This document shows, piece by piece, positions 11,417 to 20,556 of a DNA stretch of 64,000 nt. The notes below the pieces were generated by a model. It was given only the letters and a program-made list of their open reading frames with translations, had not been told where the DNA came from and made no database searches. The stretch's first letter is position 1; the number at the start of each line of letters is the position of its first letter. The translations under genes and the position numbers were made by a program. Location of the stretch: sequence record OZ196285.1; one strand, given 5' to 3'.

Positions 11417-12877
11417 ATGTCAAGTATTAATATACCCGGCTTTGGGTATTCCGCTGTACCTGAATCACCAAACGACGATCAGCTATACGGGAGACGAAAC
11501 GCCACATGGGAGCTGATTTCTCTATCAGATGGAGTGCTAGAAGCCCCTACTGACGGTAAGCAATATGTGCGTCAAGATTTGCAATGGGTCGAACCGACAT
11601 ACCCGACGATTTTTGCCGATGATGTTTCGTATGACACGACCACGATTGATCAGCCCGGTCCCATTAGCGTACAGTCGGCAATAGAGCAGGTATTCGATAA
11701 ATACCCACTAATGATGATTTTCGTCAAATCTGAAAATGATTTACCTACCCCTCAAGTAATTAACGGCGTATCGACTCATGTCTTAGGAGAGTTTGAGTAC
11801 ATCATTGATGGCGATGTTGAGATATCATCTGCGCTAGGATTCCCAGGCGCGGGTATTAGCGCAACTCTGCGTGCTGCAAATCGTTCAGTTCTGACGTATA
11901 CAGGAACAGATGCAATGTTTCATGATTTGAATGCTCAGGGAAACATTGAAATAGCAGGCCAGACTGAATTTCAGGCTCCGAATGGTGATATGTTTAACTT
12001 GATTTCAGGTGCAGGTGGGTTTTCATTTCAATCGGCAAAAGCTGATAGATTTACAAACTGTGACCGTTTAGGTGAAGTTTACTGTGGTGGGTTATCTACA
12101 TTCGTATTCAATAACGGAACGTTTAGAAACTTCAATCAGGGATTGATTGTTCATGACCCTGGTTTTTTCGAAGTCAATACGTTTTTTGTATTTGGTAATA
12201 ATCAGGTTGGTTGTACGTATTTCACGGTTGAAGGTACCTCATCGTCTGGGTCAGTCAACATGGACACGATCACATTCTCGCTCGGAACGAATGAGACTAT
12301 TTTTGACTTGAATCAGAACATACAAGACACGATTGATACGATAAATGTGAGGAGCTGTACTCTTCGAGGTCAATTAAACGGGACGATATTTGCACCGGGA
12401 AGTCTAACTCAGCGAGACCATAAGTTTGAGAGTTATGGTAACACTCTGATCGGAAATACTGTTCATGGTGGGTTGATATACCTGAGTTCAAACACTACTC
12501 CTACTGTAGGAGCAATAAACACGCCAGTTAAAGCGGAGGGTGTTTGGGCTACGGCTGAGAAATCTCATTTTGATGATAGTGTCAATGGTCGAATGTCGTC
12601 TCGTGTTATAAGAACAATATCATCGAGTGTTGATCTGTCTGTTACCGTTCGTCCACAAACAGGCAACGGGGTTGTTATTCGTTGCTATCTAGCCAAGAAT
12701 GGCGTGCCTATTGCCGGTAGTGGTAAAACTACAACTGCTGATAGCGGAAAGGGTGGCAACTTGTCTATATCATGGCACGTTTCTATTTCAGAAAATGACT
12801 ATTTTGAATTGTTCGTTGAAAATTTGAGTAGTTCGACACCTATCATTGTTTCGGATGCAGCGTTGCGCATTCAGTAA
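11417..12877 (+). CDS. Putative trimeric head/accessory fibre protein with two N-terminal foldon-like motifs
   Basis: EAPTDGKQYVRQDLQWV matches the fibritin foldon; beta-rich body; lies upstream of an inh-like gene, where T4 has hoc. Confidence 0.55.
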   Translation: MSSINIPGFGYSAVPESPNDDQLYGRRNATWELISLSDGVLEAPTDGKQYVRQDLQWVEPTYPTIFADDVSYDTTTIDQPGPISVQSAIEQVFDKYPLMMIFVKSENDLPTPQVINGVSTHVLGEFEYIIDGDVEISSALGFPGAGISATLRAANRSVLTYTGTDAMFHDLNAQGNIEIAGQTEFQAPNGDMFNLISGAGGFSFQSAKADRFTNCDRLGEVYCGGLSTFVFNNGTFRNFNQGLIVHDPGFFEVNTFFVFGNNQVGCTYFTVEGTSSSGSVNMDTITFSLGTNETIFDLNQNIQDTIDTINVRSCTLRGQLNGTIFAPGSLTQRDHKFESYGNTLIGNTVHGGLIYLSSNTTPTVGAINTPVKAEGVWATAEKSHFDDSVNGRMSSRVIRTISSSVDLSVTVRPQTGNGVVIRCYLAKNGVPIAGSGKTTTADSGKGGNLSISWHVSISENDYFELFVENLSSSTPIIVSDAALRIQ

Positions 12878-12913
12878 TAAATATACATGAATTAATAAAT
12901 TTGGAGATTCACA

Positions 12914-13435
12914 ATGGGACAATTGAAAACGCATGTAGACTCACTGACTAAATCTGATTTAGATGAGTTTGCGCGAGAATTTTACGGGATTGAACTTGAT
13001 CGTCGTAAATCAAAGGGGGCTATGACTAAAGCTCTTATCGACCAGGCAGAAACAACTATGCCTCTTAAACCTCTCCCATGGGAAGAGTTATTAGTTGAGA
13101 CTTCGACCGAAGATGAGATAGCCGCGGTAGTTGAAAATGAAACGCTAAAATCTACTGTAGAAGTCGAGACACCTAAAGCTGCTCGTGTCGAAGTTGAAGT
13201 TGAAGAGAATTTCGTTCCGCTTCGTACTCCGTTCAAGCGTGGAGGCGAGCCGTTTCTGACTATCACATTGAGCGCGGTAGAATTTTACCAAGCATTGAAA
13301 GCTGGCACTGTATCACTGAGTGACGTGCCAAAGGCTGACGAACGCGCTGTTAAAACGATTCTATACTACGTAGAGCGTGACGGCGAGTTGTTAGTCCGTG
13401 AAACACGTAACAGTCGCTTTATCGAACTTAAATAG
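12914..13435 (+). CDS. inh: Inhibitor of prohead protease (Inh-like)
   Basis: C-terminal YYVERDGELLVRETRNSRFIELK resembles the T4 Inh C-terminus. Confidence 0.8.
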   Translation: MGQLKTHVDSLTKSDLDEFAREFYGIELDRRKSKGAMTKALIDQAETTMPLKPLPWEELLVETSTEDEIAAVVENETLKSTVEVETPKAARVEVEVEENFVPLRTPFKRGGEPFLTITLSAVEFYQALKAGTVSLSDVPKADERAVKTILYYVERDGELLVRETRNSRFIELK

Positions 13436-13447
13436 GGGATTAAAACA

Positions 13448-13783
13448 ATGAGTGCACCAATCGGTGGGTTATACGGCATTCTTGATATCGACGTAACTGT
13501 TGATGACACTGTAGTTGCATTAGCAGACGCAGCGAAATCGAAATATGATGATATCAGCACAGCAGTATTGAATCATGGTGGTGAGTTATACGTACTCATC
13601 GAACAAACACACGCAGAACTAGATGCACAGTTACCAGACGGTCTGACTGATCTGACTGGCATGACTCAAGAGTCAATCGATGTTCTAGCAAATGCAGTTG
13701 ACGGCGAAACAACGCTTTGTCGCGAGACTGCAAACAGTCGTTTCTTCCGAATCAACTGGACAGTCACTGTAACTGGTGGCTAG
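13448..13783 (+). CDS. Inh C-terminal-domain paralogue
   Basis: DGETTLCRETANSRFF motif shared with the upstream gene. Confidence 0.55.
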   Translation: MSAPIGGLYGILDIDVTVDDTVVALADAAKSKYDDISTAVLNHGGELYVLIEQTHAELDAQLPDGLTDLTGMTQESIDVLANAVDGETTLCRETANSRFFRINWTVTVTGG

Positions 13784-13791
13784 TAGAAAAG

Positions 13792-13819
13792 AAAAAGCCC
13801 GCTATCAGCGGGCTTTTTT
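13792..13819. terminator. Bidirectional intrinsic terminator
   Basis: AAAAAGCCCGCT-AT-CAGCGGGCTTTTTT between convergent genes. Confidence 0.85.
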
Positions 13820-13835
13820 GTGTCTATAAGCGATT

Positions 13836-15005
13836 CTAAGCAACGAAAGCAACTCGCTGTACGTTTGTTTGTTTTTCGCCTTTAAACTCTTCGTGAGCTT
13901 TTACAGTAGCTTTTACAGCCACTGTCGCGCCCTCTTCTACGTATTCACGCTCTTTGTTCTCAAGACGCTTAGAACCAAACCACACAACAGTGTTGTTATT
14001 CTCGTCAGTGAAGCGATGAATGTACGTATCACCGTAGTAGCCTTCAACAACGATCACTTTGTTCAGAGTTAGTGTGAACTCTTCACGCTTTTTGATAGTA
14101 CCGATGTACTCAGACTCACCGTGAATCTTTTTCATTTTAGATTCAGCAGCTTTTTCTTGCTCTTGTTCAACAGCTTTGTTGTAAGCAACAACTGACGCAG
14201 CAAGAAAGCCCGCTTGCTTGTATTCGATGTAGTCTGGCTTGCATGATGCGATAACGTTGCTCATGAAGTCGTTAGACGCTTCTTGAGAAGCAACCCATGC
14301 ACGAATCATGTCAGCGCGTTCAGACATTGCTTCCATGTCGATTTTAGCTTCAAGCTCTTTAGCTTCGCGTTGAGCATCAGGAGAAAGTTGGTTAAGAAGA
14401 CGCATTGCGTTCATCTTAGTTTCGCCGCCTGCGATGTAACGACCGTCACGAGCTACAACAGCACAAACCCAAGTTAGAAGTTCAGAAGTTGTGTAACCAG
14501 TGTGACCCGAGCCACCGCCAACGAATTCGTCACCGAAAGACTCAACAGCCTCGAAGAAAGCAGCAAGTGAATTCACCGATTTGGTGGGGATGTAGTATTT
14601 CAGACAAGAACCACCAACGCGCATTTCTTTGTTTTCTTCGTTAGAGATAACGTAAGTAACGTTGCGGTCGCGGTTAGAGTTGCAGTGTTCACATGTGGTG
14701 TCACCGATAAGATGACGATGATTTGTCTCTTTGTTAGAGCGAACAAGACCAGTTGCGTGATCAAGTTGAGTAACAAAAGTCCAACCATTGAACTGTGGGT
14801 ATTCACCCGCGATTGTCACTTCGTTCCAAAACTCACGACGCTTACCAACAGTAGTTTGAACAACCGTGTAAGACTCTTTACCGATTTCAACAGTAAGTGC
14901 TTCAACACCAAGACGCTTTGCGATTTTGTTAGCAGCTTCAACACGTGCTTGAAGTTCTGTAATGTGACGCGCTTTGATTGTGAAAGTTGAGTTCAATGTA
15001 GTCAT
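13836..15005 (-). CDS. Early hypothetical protein with CxxC...C motif and probable C-terminal OB fold
   Basis: CEHC...VGGSC; C-terminal EYIGTIKKREEFTLT...KVAVKATVKAH pattern; has its own early promoter. Confidence 0.6.
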   Translation of the reverse strand: MTTLNSTFTIKARHITELQARVEAANKIAKRLGVEALTVEIGKESYTVVQTTVGKRREFWNEVTIAGEYPQFNGWTFVTQLDHATGLVRSNKETNHRHLIGDTTCEHCNSNRDRNVTYVISNEENKEMRVGGSCLKYYIPTKSVNSLAAFFEAVESFGDEFVGGGSGHTGYTTSELLTWVCAVVARDGRYIAGGETKMNAMRLLNQLSPDAQREAKELEAKIDMEAMSERADMIRAWVASQEASNDFMSNVIASCKPDYIEYKQAGFLAASVVAYNKAVEQEQEKAAESKMKKIHGESEYIGTIKKREEFTLTLNKVIVVEGYYGDTYIHRFTDENNNTVVWFGSKRLENKEREYVEEGATVAVKATVKAHEEFKGEKQTNVQRVAFVA

Positions 15006-15049
15006 AATATTCTCTCTTTTGTAATGGACGATTTGCTTCGTTGAGATAC

Positions 15050-15078
15050 ATATTACGGTGTTTTGGTGTAACCGTCAA
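15050..15078 (-). promoter_or_regulatory. Early promoter
   Basis: GG-TTGACG-17-TAATAT followed by CTCAACGAAGC and a GAGAGAATATTATG RBS. Confidence 0.8.
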
Positions 15079-15089
15079 CCACAAACCTA

Positions 15090-15115
15090 AAAAAGCGCAA
15101 ATTAATGCGCTTTTA
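15090..15115. terminator. Intrinsic terminator
   Basis: AAAAGCGC-AAATTAAT-GCGCTTTT. Confidence 0.7.
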
Positions 15116-15124
15116 TGATTAATG

Positions 15125-16099
15125 CTATTTCTCTAGTTCGTAGAACACTGTATCACCACTGCTCATCGATGTGACTGAAAGTTTGTAGCCCTCACGAGCC
15201 CCTAGTTTGCGCATAATGCGCGTGTAAAGCGATTTTCGCTTCTCATTCCCGTCCGCTGTCGCAGTAGCAACTTTTCTGCAATCGTATTGATGTGCGAACG
15301 TGATAGCTTCATTTGCGACTGTCGCAAACACAGTGAATGCATTCTCAGAATCGGTGATGTCATTTGTCCATTTTCCGTTCACTGACACGTGAAAGTGAAC
15401 CTCAACAATGTCAACTGTCATGCCCTCATCGAATCCGAAATCAAACTCATCATCATCGTAAACAATGCCATGTGGCACCAACGCTAGTCGATACATTTGA
15501 CCATTGATATCGAAGTGCCCGAAAACAGGCTGTCCATCTTTAACTGGCGAGTTTCCTTTGGGGTACACGACACGAGCGGGCTTGTCTAGCGATTCAGATA
15601 AGTTAACAGAATTCAGCCAATCTTGCCAGTTCTTACGACTACCGATTTTAGTAAACGGGATGTCGTCGTGAGCAAGCCATTGAATCGAACGTTCATATGC
15701 ACCAGTAACATCGAATCCTTGATAGTCATCACCTACCCATAGCCATTTGTGGTGCCAGATTTGAGAAACGTTTCGCGATTTAGCGACTTTCTTCTCAACA
15801 ACGTCAACTACAATCATCTTACCTGCGGCAGGTTCTTGCATGATGTCGAACTCATCAGACTCATAGAAAGCAACTGTGTGCTTCTTGTAGTCGATTCTAA
15901 CGGTGTTTGCGTTGAAGTTCGGGTGTTCACGAGCAAGCAGCGAACGAGCTTCTGCTACTTTCTCTTGGAACTCGCTAGGAACATACTGAACGTGAACGTA
16001 CAATGCACCACCGATGTCTTTACCAACGCCCCATTTGCTGCGCTTAACGGGCGACCCTTTGCGAGTTTTGATAGTTGCGCGTTCAAAAATTATGCTCAT
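15125..16099 (-). CDS. Two-domain hypothetical protein, probably capsid-packaged
   Basis: MSIIFE N-terminus; GKDIGGALYVH...QIWHHKWLWV domain; C-terminal domain shared with 59015-59884. Confidence 0.7.
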   Translation of the reverse strand: MSIIFERATIKTRKGSPVKRSKWGVGKDIGGALYVHVQYVPSEFQEKVAEARSLLAREHPNFNANTVRIDYKKHTVAFYESDEFDIMQEPAAGKMIVVDVVEKKVAKSRNVSQIWHHKWLWVGDDYQGFDVTGAYERSIQWLAHDDIPFTKIGSRKNWQDWLNSVNLSESLDKPARVVYPKGNSPVKDGQPVFGHFDINGQMYRLALVPHGIVYDDDEFDFGFDEGMTVDIVEVHFHVSVNGKWTNDITDSENAFTVFATVANEAITFAHQYDCRKVATATADGNEKRKSLYTRIMRKLGAREGYKLSVTSMSSGDTVFYELEK

Positions 16100-16692
16100 C
16101 GTCTGCCTTGATCGTTAATGATGTTTCTGATCATTCGAACCGCGTAATCAGTTTGACCAGTCATTGCAGCAGCAGCGGCTTTGTCAACGTAGTACGTGTT
16201 GTCTTCGATCATGTTCAAATGCTTGTACAGCTCTTTGAAGTCGTAGCGGTCGTATTCTTTATCGTTGAAACGAAGCGCACCTGCTTTTTTGTCTTCGTCA
16301 TGCACACGACGATATTCATCAATCACGCGAATCATTTCGCTTGACTGCTTTTTCATCATCATATTGTCCATTTTCAGACGTTTGGCAGAATCTTGAATTT
16401 CTTGATCGGGGCGGTCATGTTCAATCGCGCTCATCAGAATGTTCAAGCTGTGTAGAGTATCGATACCTGCCTTTTCCATAGCAAGTCGTTGCTGTTCAAG
16501 TTTGTTGTTGTGTTGACGTAACTCACCAGACGCAGTTGTTGCAGCAATAACACCAGAGAATACACTCCACCAACCGCCTTTGCGTTGGAAGTATTTCTTC
16601 ACATCGCCCTTCGAACCGGTTGTGCTACGCTTAAAATCGCGCCATATGCTTTTAGCTTTCGCCTTGTCAAATTCTGTTAAAAATTCAATCAT
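16096..16692 (-). CDS. Late hypothetical protein
   Basis: MIEFLTE N-terminus; TCTAAATA at 16719-16726 on the minus strand. Confidence 0.7.
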   Translation of the reverse strand: MIEFLTEFDKAKAKSIWRDFKRSTTGSKGDVKKYFQRKGGWWSVFSGVIAATTASGELRQHNNKLEQQRLAMEKAGIDTLHSLNILMSAIEHDRPDQEIQDSAKRLKMDNMMMKKQSSEMIRVIDEYRRVHDEDKKAGALRFNDKEYDRYDFKELYKHLNMIEDNTYYVDKAAAAAMTGQTDYAVRMIRNIINDQGRR

Positions 16693-16733
16693 ATGTTTGA
16701 CCTCTTATTTGTTTCTTGTATTTAGACGCAAAC

Positions 16734-16761
16734 AAAAAAAGGTAGCCGAAGCTACCTTTTG
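16734..16761. terminator. Intrinsic terminator
   Basis: GGTAGC-CGAA-GCTACC flanked by A and T tracts. Confidence 0.85.
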
Positions 16762-16776
16762 TAATTCAATTGAGTT

Positions 16777-17415
16777 TTAACCGTAGATGTCTTGAATGTC
16801 GCTGAAGAACGATTGAGTCTTATTGACTGTACGAACGACGTAGTGTGCATTCGACAGAACAACGTTGCGCAAGTTAATAGAATCAACTTCTAGGTCTGAT
16901 AGAGAAGACGCTCCGACCAACTCAACAACTTTCTTCGGGTATTTCGTCAAAGTCAGCGCCGCAATGTGATGAGCTTGTTGCTTTGCATCAAGGTCACGGA
17001 ACGCTTGAACCATATCGGGGCCACCACGTCGCACAGCTTCCCCTAGACCACCAGAAAGAACATCAGTCAACAGCTTTTCCATGCCTCGGATCGGCGCACG
17101 AGGTGAACCAACAATCGTCTTTTCGATAGGTGTTTTAGAGCGACCTTTCATCGAGTACAGACGAATAGGACGTTTAACGCCATCTTGCTTCACAATACCC
17201 GACGCTTCAAATACGTCTTCATTGTGAGTAAGAACATAGTGAACACGACGACGCAGCGTTTCATCGAACTCGCCACCGTTCAGGCTGTATACTAGGTCGT
17301 ACACAGAAAGATTATCGCGCTTGATTAATAGTTCGACTAGTGCAGCACGAAACATGTTTTTACCGACGAAAGTGTCAGTGATACGAGCTTTGCGAACAGC
17401 TTTTACATTTTGCAT
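16777..17415 (-). CDS. Early hypothetical protein, possible winged-helix DNA-binding N-terminus
   Basis: Helix-helix-helix plus RPIRLYSM beta-wing-like pattern read by eye. Confidence 0.5.
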   Translation of the reverse strand: MQNVKAVRKARITDTFVGKNMFRAALVELLIKRDNLSVYDLVYSLNGGEFDETLRRRVHYVLTHNEDVFEASGIVKQDGVKRPIRLYSMKGRSKTPIEKTIVGSPRAPIRGMEKLLTDVLSGGLGEAVRRGGPDMVQAFRDLDAKQQAHHIAALTLTKYPKKVVELVGASSLSDLEVDSINLRNVVLSNAHYVVRTVNKTQSFFSDIQDIYG

Positions 17416-17439
17416 AATATATTTCTCTCTAAGATTCAG

Positions 17440-17715
17440 TTATTGTACTTCGGTTTCAACGGGAACTTGAATTGACCAAAACTCTTTACCAGTGTATTGT
17501 AGATACGCATCGTGAAAGCTGTCAAGCCCACTATCGACGATTATCTTTTCACCAGTTGCGAATTCGTATAGCACACTGTCATACTTGTCTGTACCACAGT
17601 TGTACATAGGCTCGGTCGTGAAGCTCACACCACAAGGAGTGCTCAACTCGACTCGTACACTAGGAATATCGACTTGTTCAGCGTCGTGGACTGCGAATGC
17701 GTCTAAAATTTTCAT
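17440..17715 (-). CDS. Early hypothetical protein
   Basis: GAGAGCACATTATG RBS, first gene after an early promoter. Confidence 0.7.
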   Translation of the reverse strand: MKILDAFAVHDAEQVDIPSVRVELSTPCGVSFTTEPMYNCGTDKYDSVLYEFATGEKIIVDSGLDSFHDAYLQYTGKEFWSIQVPVETEVQ

Positions 17716-17755
17716 AATGTGCTCTCTTATTCAGTCGTGTTACTCAACGATGTCT

Positions 17756-17784
17756 ATATTACGATGAGATAACACTACCGTCAA
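17756..17784 (-). promoter_or_regulatory. Early promoter
   Basis: GG-TTGACG-17-TAATAT. Confidence 0.8.
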
Positions 17785-17787
17785 CCG

Positions 17788-18267
17788 TTATTTTCGCCAT
17801 TTTGCAAGTTTTTCATTATATTCGCTATGTTTCCACAGGTCAAATACGATTGTACCGCTCTGAAACCACCACACGAGTGAAATCGTATCGTTTAGTTTAG
17901 GGTCATTCGGATTCTTACCGATGTAAAGCTCAGTGCTCGGGTGCGAGTGGTAAATCGCTTTAGATACTTGGAACTTGTAACCTGATTCTGGCTTACCGAT
18001 TTCTTTAGGTGGGTGAATGTTGCCTTTAAACGCGACTTCGTAAACAGTGTTCTTAAACACGATACGACTTGAGTCGATGTTGAAAAGCAAGTTCTGATAC
18101 TTCGCTGCATTCGGATGAATGCGCCATGGGTATTTCGGTTTTGATTCGAGAAGACGGTCGATCTCTGGCTCCTGAATCATTTTGCTCATGTTGTGATTGC
18201 CCCACTCTTCGTCGAGAATGAGTTCAGCAGTGAACACAACATTTTCGTATTCTGCAAATTTAAACAT
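17788..18267 (-). CDS. Late hypothetical protein
   Basis: Last gene of the minus-strand operon 18959-17788. Confidence 0.7.
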   Translation of the reverse strand: MFKFAEYENVVFTAELILDEEWGNHNMSKMIQEPEIDRLLESKPKYPWRIHPNAAKYQNLLFNIDSSRIVFKNTVYEVAFKGNIHPPKEIGKPESGYKFQVSKAIYHSHPSTELYIGKNPNDPKLNDTISLVWWFQSGTIVFDLWKHSEYNEKLAKWRK

Positions 18268-18270
18268 CGT

Positions 18271-18717
18271 CTACCCCAAGTAAATAAAGCCGCTTGTTAG
18301 GCTATCACGCACAAGCAATTTGCCGTTACGCTCAACCCAGAAAGCCATTGTCTGCAATTCGTGTGTATCACGACGACCAATATTGTAGTCATGAATCGTA
18401 TCATGCGTGATCAATTGATATAATTCGTCGCCACGACGATATGAAGGTGACCATTTCGGTTTGAATGCCGGTACAACGCTCTCAGCCGCAACGTCAGCGA
18501 CTTCAATCACTTCAGCGACAGATTCACCGTCTTCTGTGATTTCTTCAACGTCAGCGTCATCTAGAGCGATTAACGAAACGTCGATATCGTCTTCGTGCTC
18601 AAGTATCTGAGCGATGATTTTGCCTTTGGTCGTGTGTTTGTCAACGTCGATGTAGTTCGCTTCTGCGAATTCGATCACGCCTCGTTTAGTCAACTCTTTT
18701 AAGTGTGTTTCGATCAT
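18271..18717 (-). CDS. Inh-like paralogue (syntenic with T4 inh next to uvsW)
   Basis: AFWVERNGKLLVRDSLTSGFIYL; N-terminus similar to 12914-13435. Confidence 0.65.
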   Translation of the reverse strand: MIETHLKELTKRGVIEFAEANYIDVDKHTTKGKIIAQILEHEDDIDVSLIALDDADVEEITEDGESVAEVIEVADVAAESVVPAFKPKWSPSYRRGDELYQLITHDTIHDYNIGRRDTHELQTMAFWVERNGKLLVRDSLTSGFIYLG

Positions 18718-18959
18718 TTCAATTCTCCATCATAAGGAACACTAACCCAAACGTTCTGATCGCAGTCGAAAAATGAAATCTGAGTTTTGTCAGTCTCGTT
18801 TAGTCTAAGCGCAGCACGATTCGCATCGAGTTTAGGGATGTAGTGCATGTCTAGTGTCGCGTTGTATGAGACATCATCGATTGATATTCGATGTAATCCC
18901 GTTTTAAGTTCGTCAAATAATGCCGTTTGCTTGACAAATCTCGTGGCTCGAAAACTCAT
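18714..18959 (-). CDS. Small hypothetical protein, possible WYL/SH3-like fold
   Basis: NATL...ISFFDCDQNVWVSV pattern. Confidence 0.45.
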   Translation of the reverse strand: MSFRATRFVKQTALFDELKTGLHRISIDDVSYNATLDMHYIPKLDANRAALRLNETDKTQISFFDCDQNVWVSVPYDGELK

Positions 18960-18972
18960 ATTTTCAACCTCT

Positions 18973-18999
18973 TATAAATACATGTATATCATATTTAGA
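18973..18999. promoter_or_regulatory. Face-to-face late promoters
   Basis: TATAAATA (+) at 18973-18980 and TCTAAATA (-) at 18992-18999. Confidence 0.65.
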
Positions 19000-19021
19000 C
19001 AATATTACATGAGAGAAATAC

Positions 19022-20551
19022 ATGACAACTGATATCAAAATTGAGTATTACGACGAAAGTTATGTCAGAGTCGTGGCGGACCCGAGTATAACACATGAAA
19101 TGATCGATTACTTCTCATTTCTGACAGACGGATACAAATTTAACCCTAAATTCAAAATGGGTATTTGGGACGGCAAGATTCGACTAATGACCTATCAGGG
19201 TCTATTGCCATACGGCTTGGTTGGACAAGCGCGTGCATTCGCATCGAACATGATGTACACAATCGAAACTGACGAGCAAATCGATCCGGTTGAGTTGATT
19301 TCACGTGAAGAATTCGACGTGTGGATTAAATCAATTGACATCTACGCAGGTTCGAATAAGATTGAGCCGTACTGGTATCAAGCTGATTCAATTTTTCATG
19401 GCATCAATAATCAACATAGTCTGTTGAATCTACCGACATCAGCCGGTAAGTCGCTTATTCAGTCCCTAATCACTAAGTGGTTCTTAGACAATCAAGAAGA
19501 ACAACAGAAAGTTCTAGTTATCGTTCCGACGACTGCATTAGTTCAGCAAATGCGCGATGACTTCTTGGACTATCGCTTGTTTGAACATGATGACATCTAT
19601 CAGATTCGCGGTGGCGTTGATCGTGATGCAATCGGTGATGCTCAAATCGTTGTATCGACTTGGCAGTCAGCAGTTAAGCAGCCTAAAGAATGGTTCGACC
19701 AGTTCGGTATGCTTCTAGTCGATGAGTGTCACTTGGCAACGGGTAAATCACTTGACGGCATTATCAAGAAAATGACGAACTGTGATTTCAAGATTGGCTT
19801 GACTGGCTCGTTACGTGACGGCAAAGCGAACATTCTTCAATACGTTGGCTCATTCGGTGACATCTTCAGACCTGTATCTACAGCTCAGTTGATGGAAGAA
19901 GGCGCAGTGACTGACTTGAAGATCAACTGCTTGATGCTTGAGTACCCTCAGCCGCTACGCGATGAAATGAAAGGTGCGTCGTATCAAGAAGAAATGAAGT
20001 TCATTCTTGAGAACAAGCATCGCAATCGATACTTGATTAAGCTTGCGTATCAATTGAGCGCGAAACGCGGTGAAAACACGCTGTTGCTGTTCAAGAACAT
20101 CAAGCACGGCAAGTTGCTTTACGAAGCCCTGAAAACGATTTACGACCCTGAGAAAGTGTTTTACGTATCAGGCGAGACGAAGACAGACGACAGAACAGCA
20201 GTTAAGAAAATCGCTGAAGACATTGACGGTGCGATCATCGTTGCGTCATACGGTGTATTCTCGACTGGTATCAGCATCAAGAAATTGCATAATGTAATCT
20301 TCGCGCATCCCACGAAGTCAAAAATTATCAATTTACAGAGTATTGGTCGTATTCTTCGTAAGCACGGTTCGAAAGTTACTGCGAAGCTGTTCGATATCAT
20401 CGACAACTTGGGTATCAAGCCGAAACGCAAGAACGCTAAGAAGCCTTATACGCACATTAACTATACTATGAAACATGGTATGGCACGTATTGAACTCTAC
20501 AATCAAGAAGAATTCAAATACGCGGTTAAGAAAGTTGACTTAGCCGGTTAG
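19022..20551 (+). CDS. uvsW: UvsW SF2 helicase
   Basis: LPTSAGKS, VDECH, QSIGRILR motifs. Confidence 0.96.
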   Translation: MTTDIKIEYYDESYVRVVADPSITHEMIDYFSFLTDGYKFNPKFKMGIWDGKIRLMTYQGLLPYGLVGQARAFASNMMYTIETDEQIDPVELISREEFDVWIKSIDIYAGSNKIEPYWYQADSIFHGINNQHSLLNLPTSAGKSLIQSLITKWFLDNQEEQQKVLVIVPTTALVQQMRDDFLDYRLFEHDDIYQIRGGVDRDAIGDAQIVVSTWQSAVKQPKEWFDQFGMLLVDECHLATGKSLDGIIKKMTNCDFKIGLTGSLRDGKANILQYVGSFGDIFRPVSTAQLMEEGAVTDLKINCLMLEYPQPLRDEMKGASYQEEMKFILENKHRNRYLIKLAYQLSAKRGENTLLLFKNIKHGKLLYEALKTIYDPEKVFYVSGETKTDDRTAVKKIAEDIDGAIIVASYGVFSTGISIKKLHNVIFAHPTKSKIINLQSIGRILRKHGSKVTAKLFDIIDNLGIKPKRKNAKKPYTHINYTMKHGMARIELYNQEEFKYAVKKVDLAG

Positions 20552-20556
20552 TGCAG

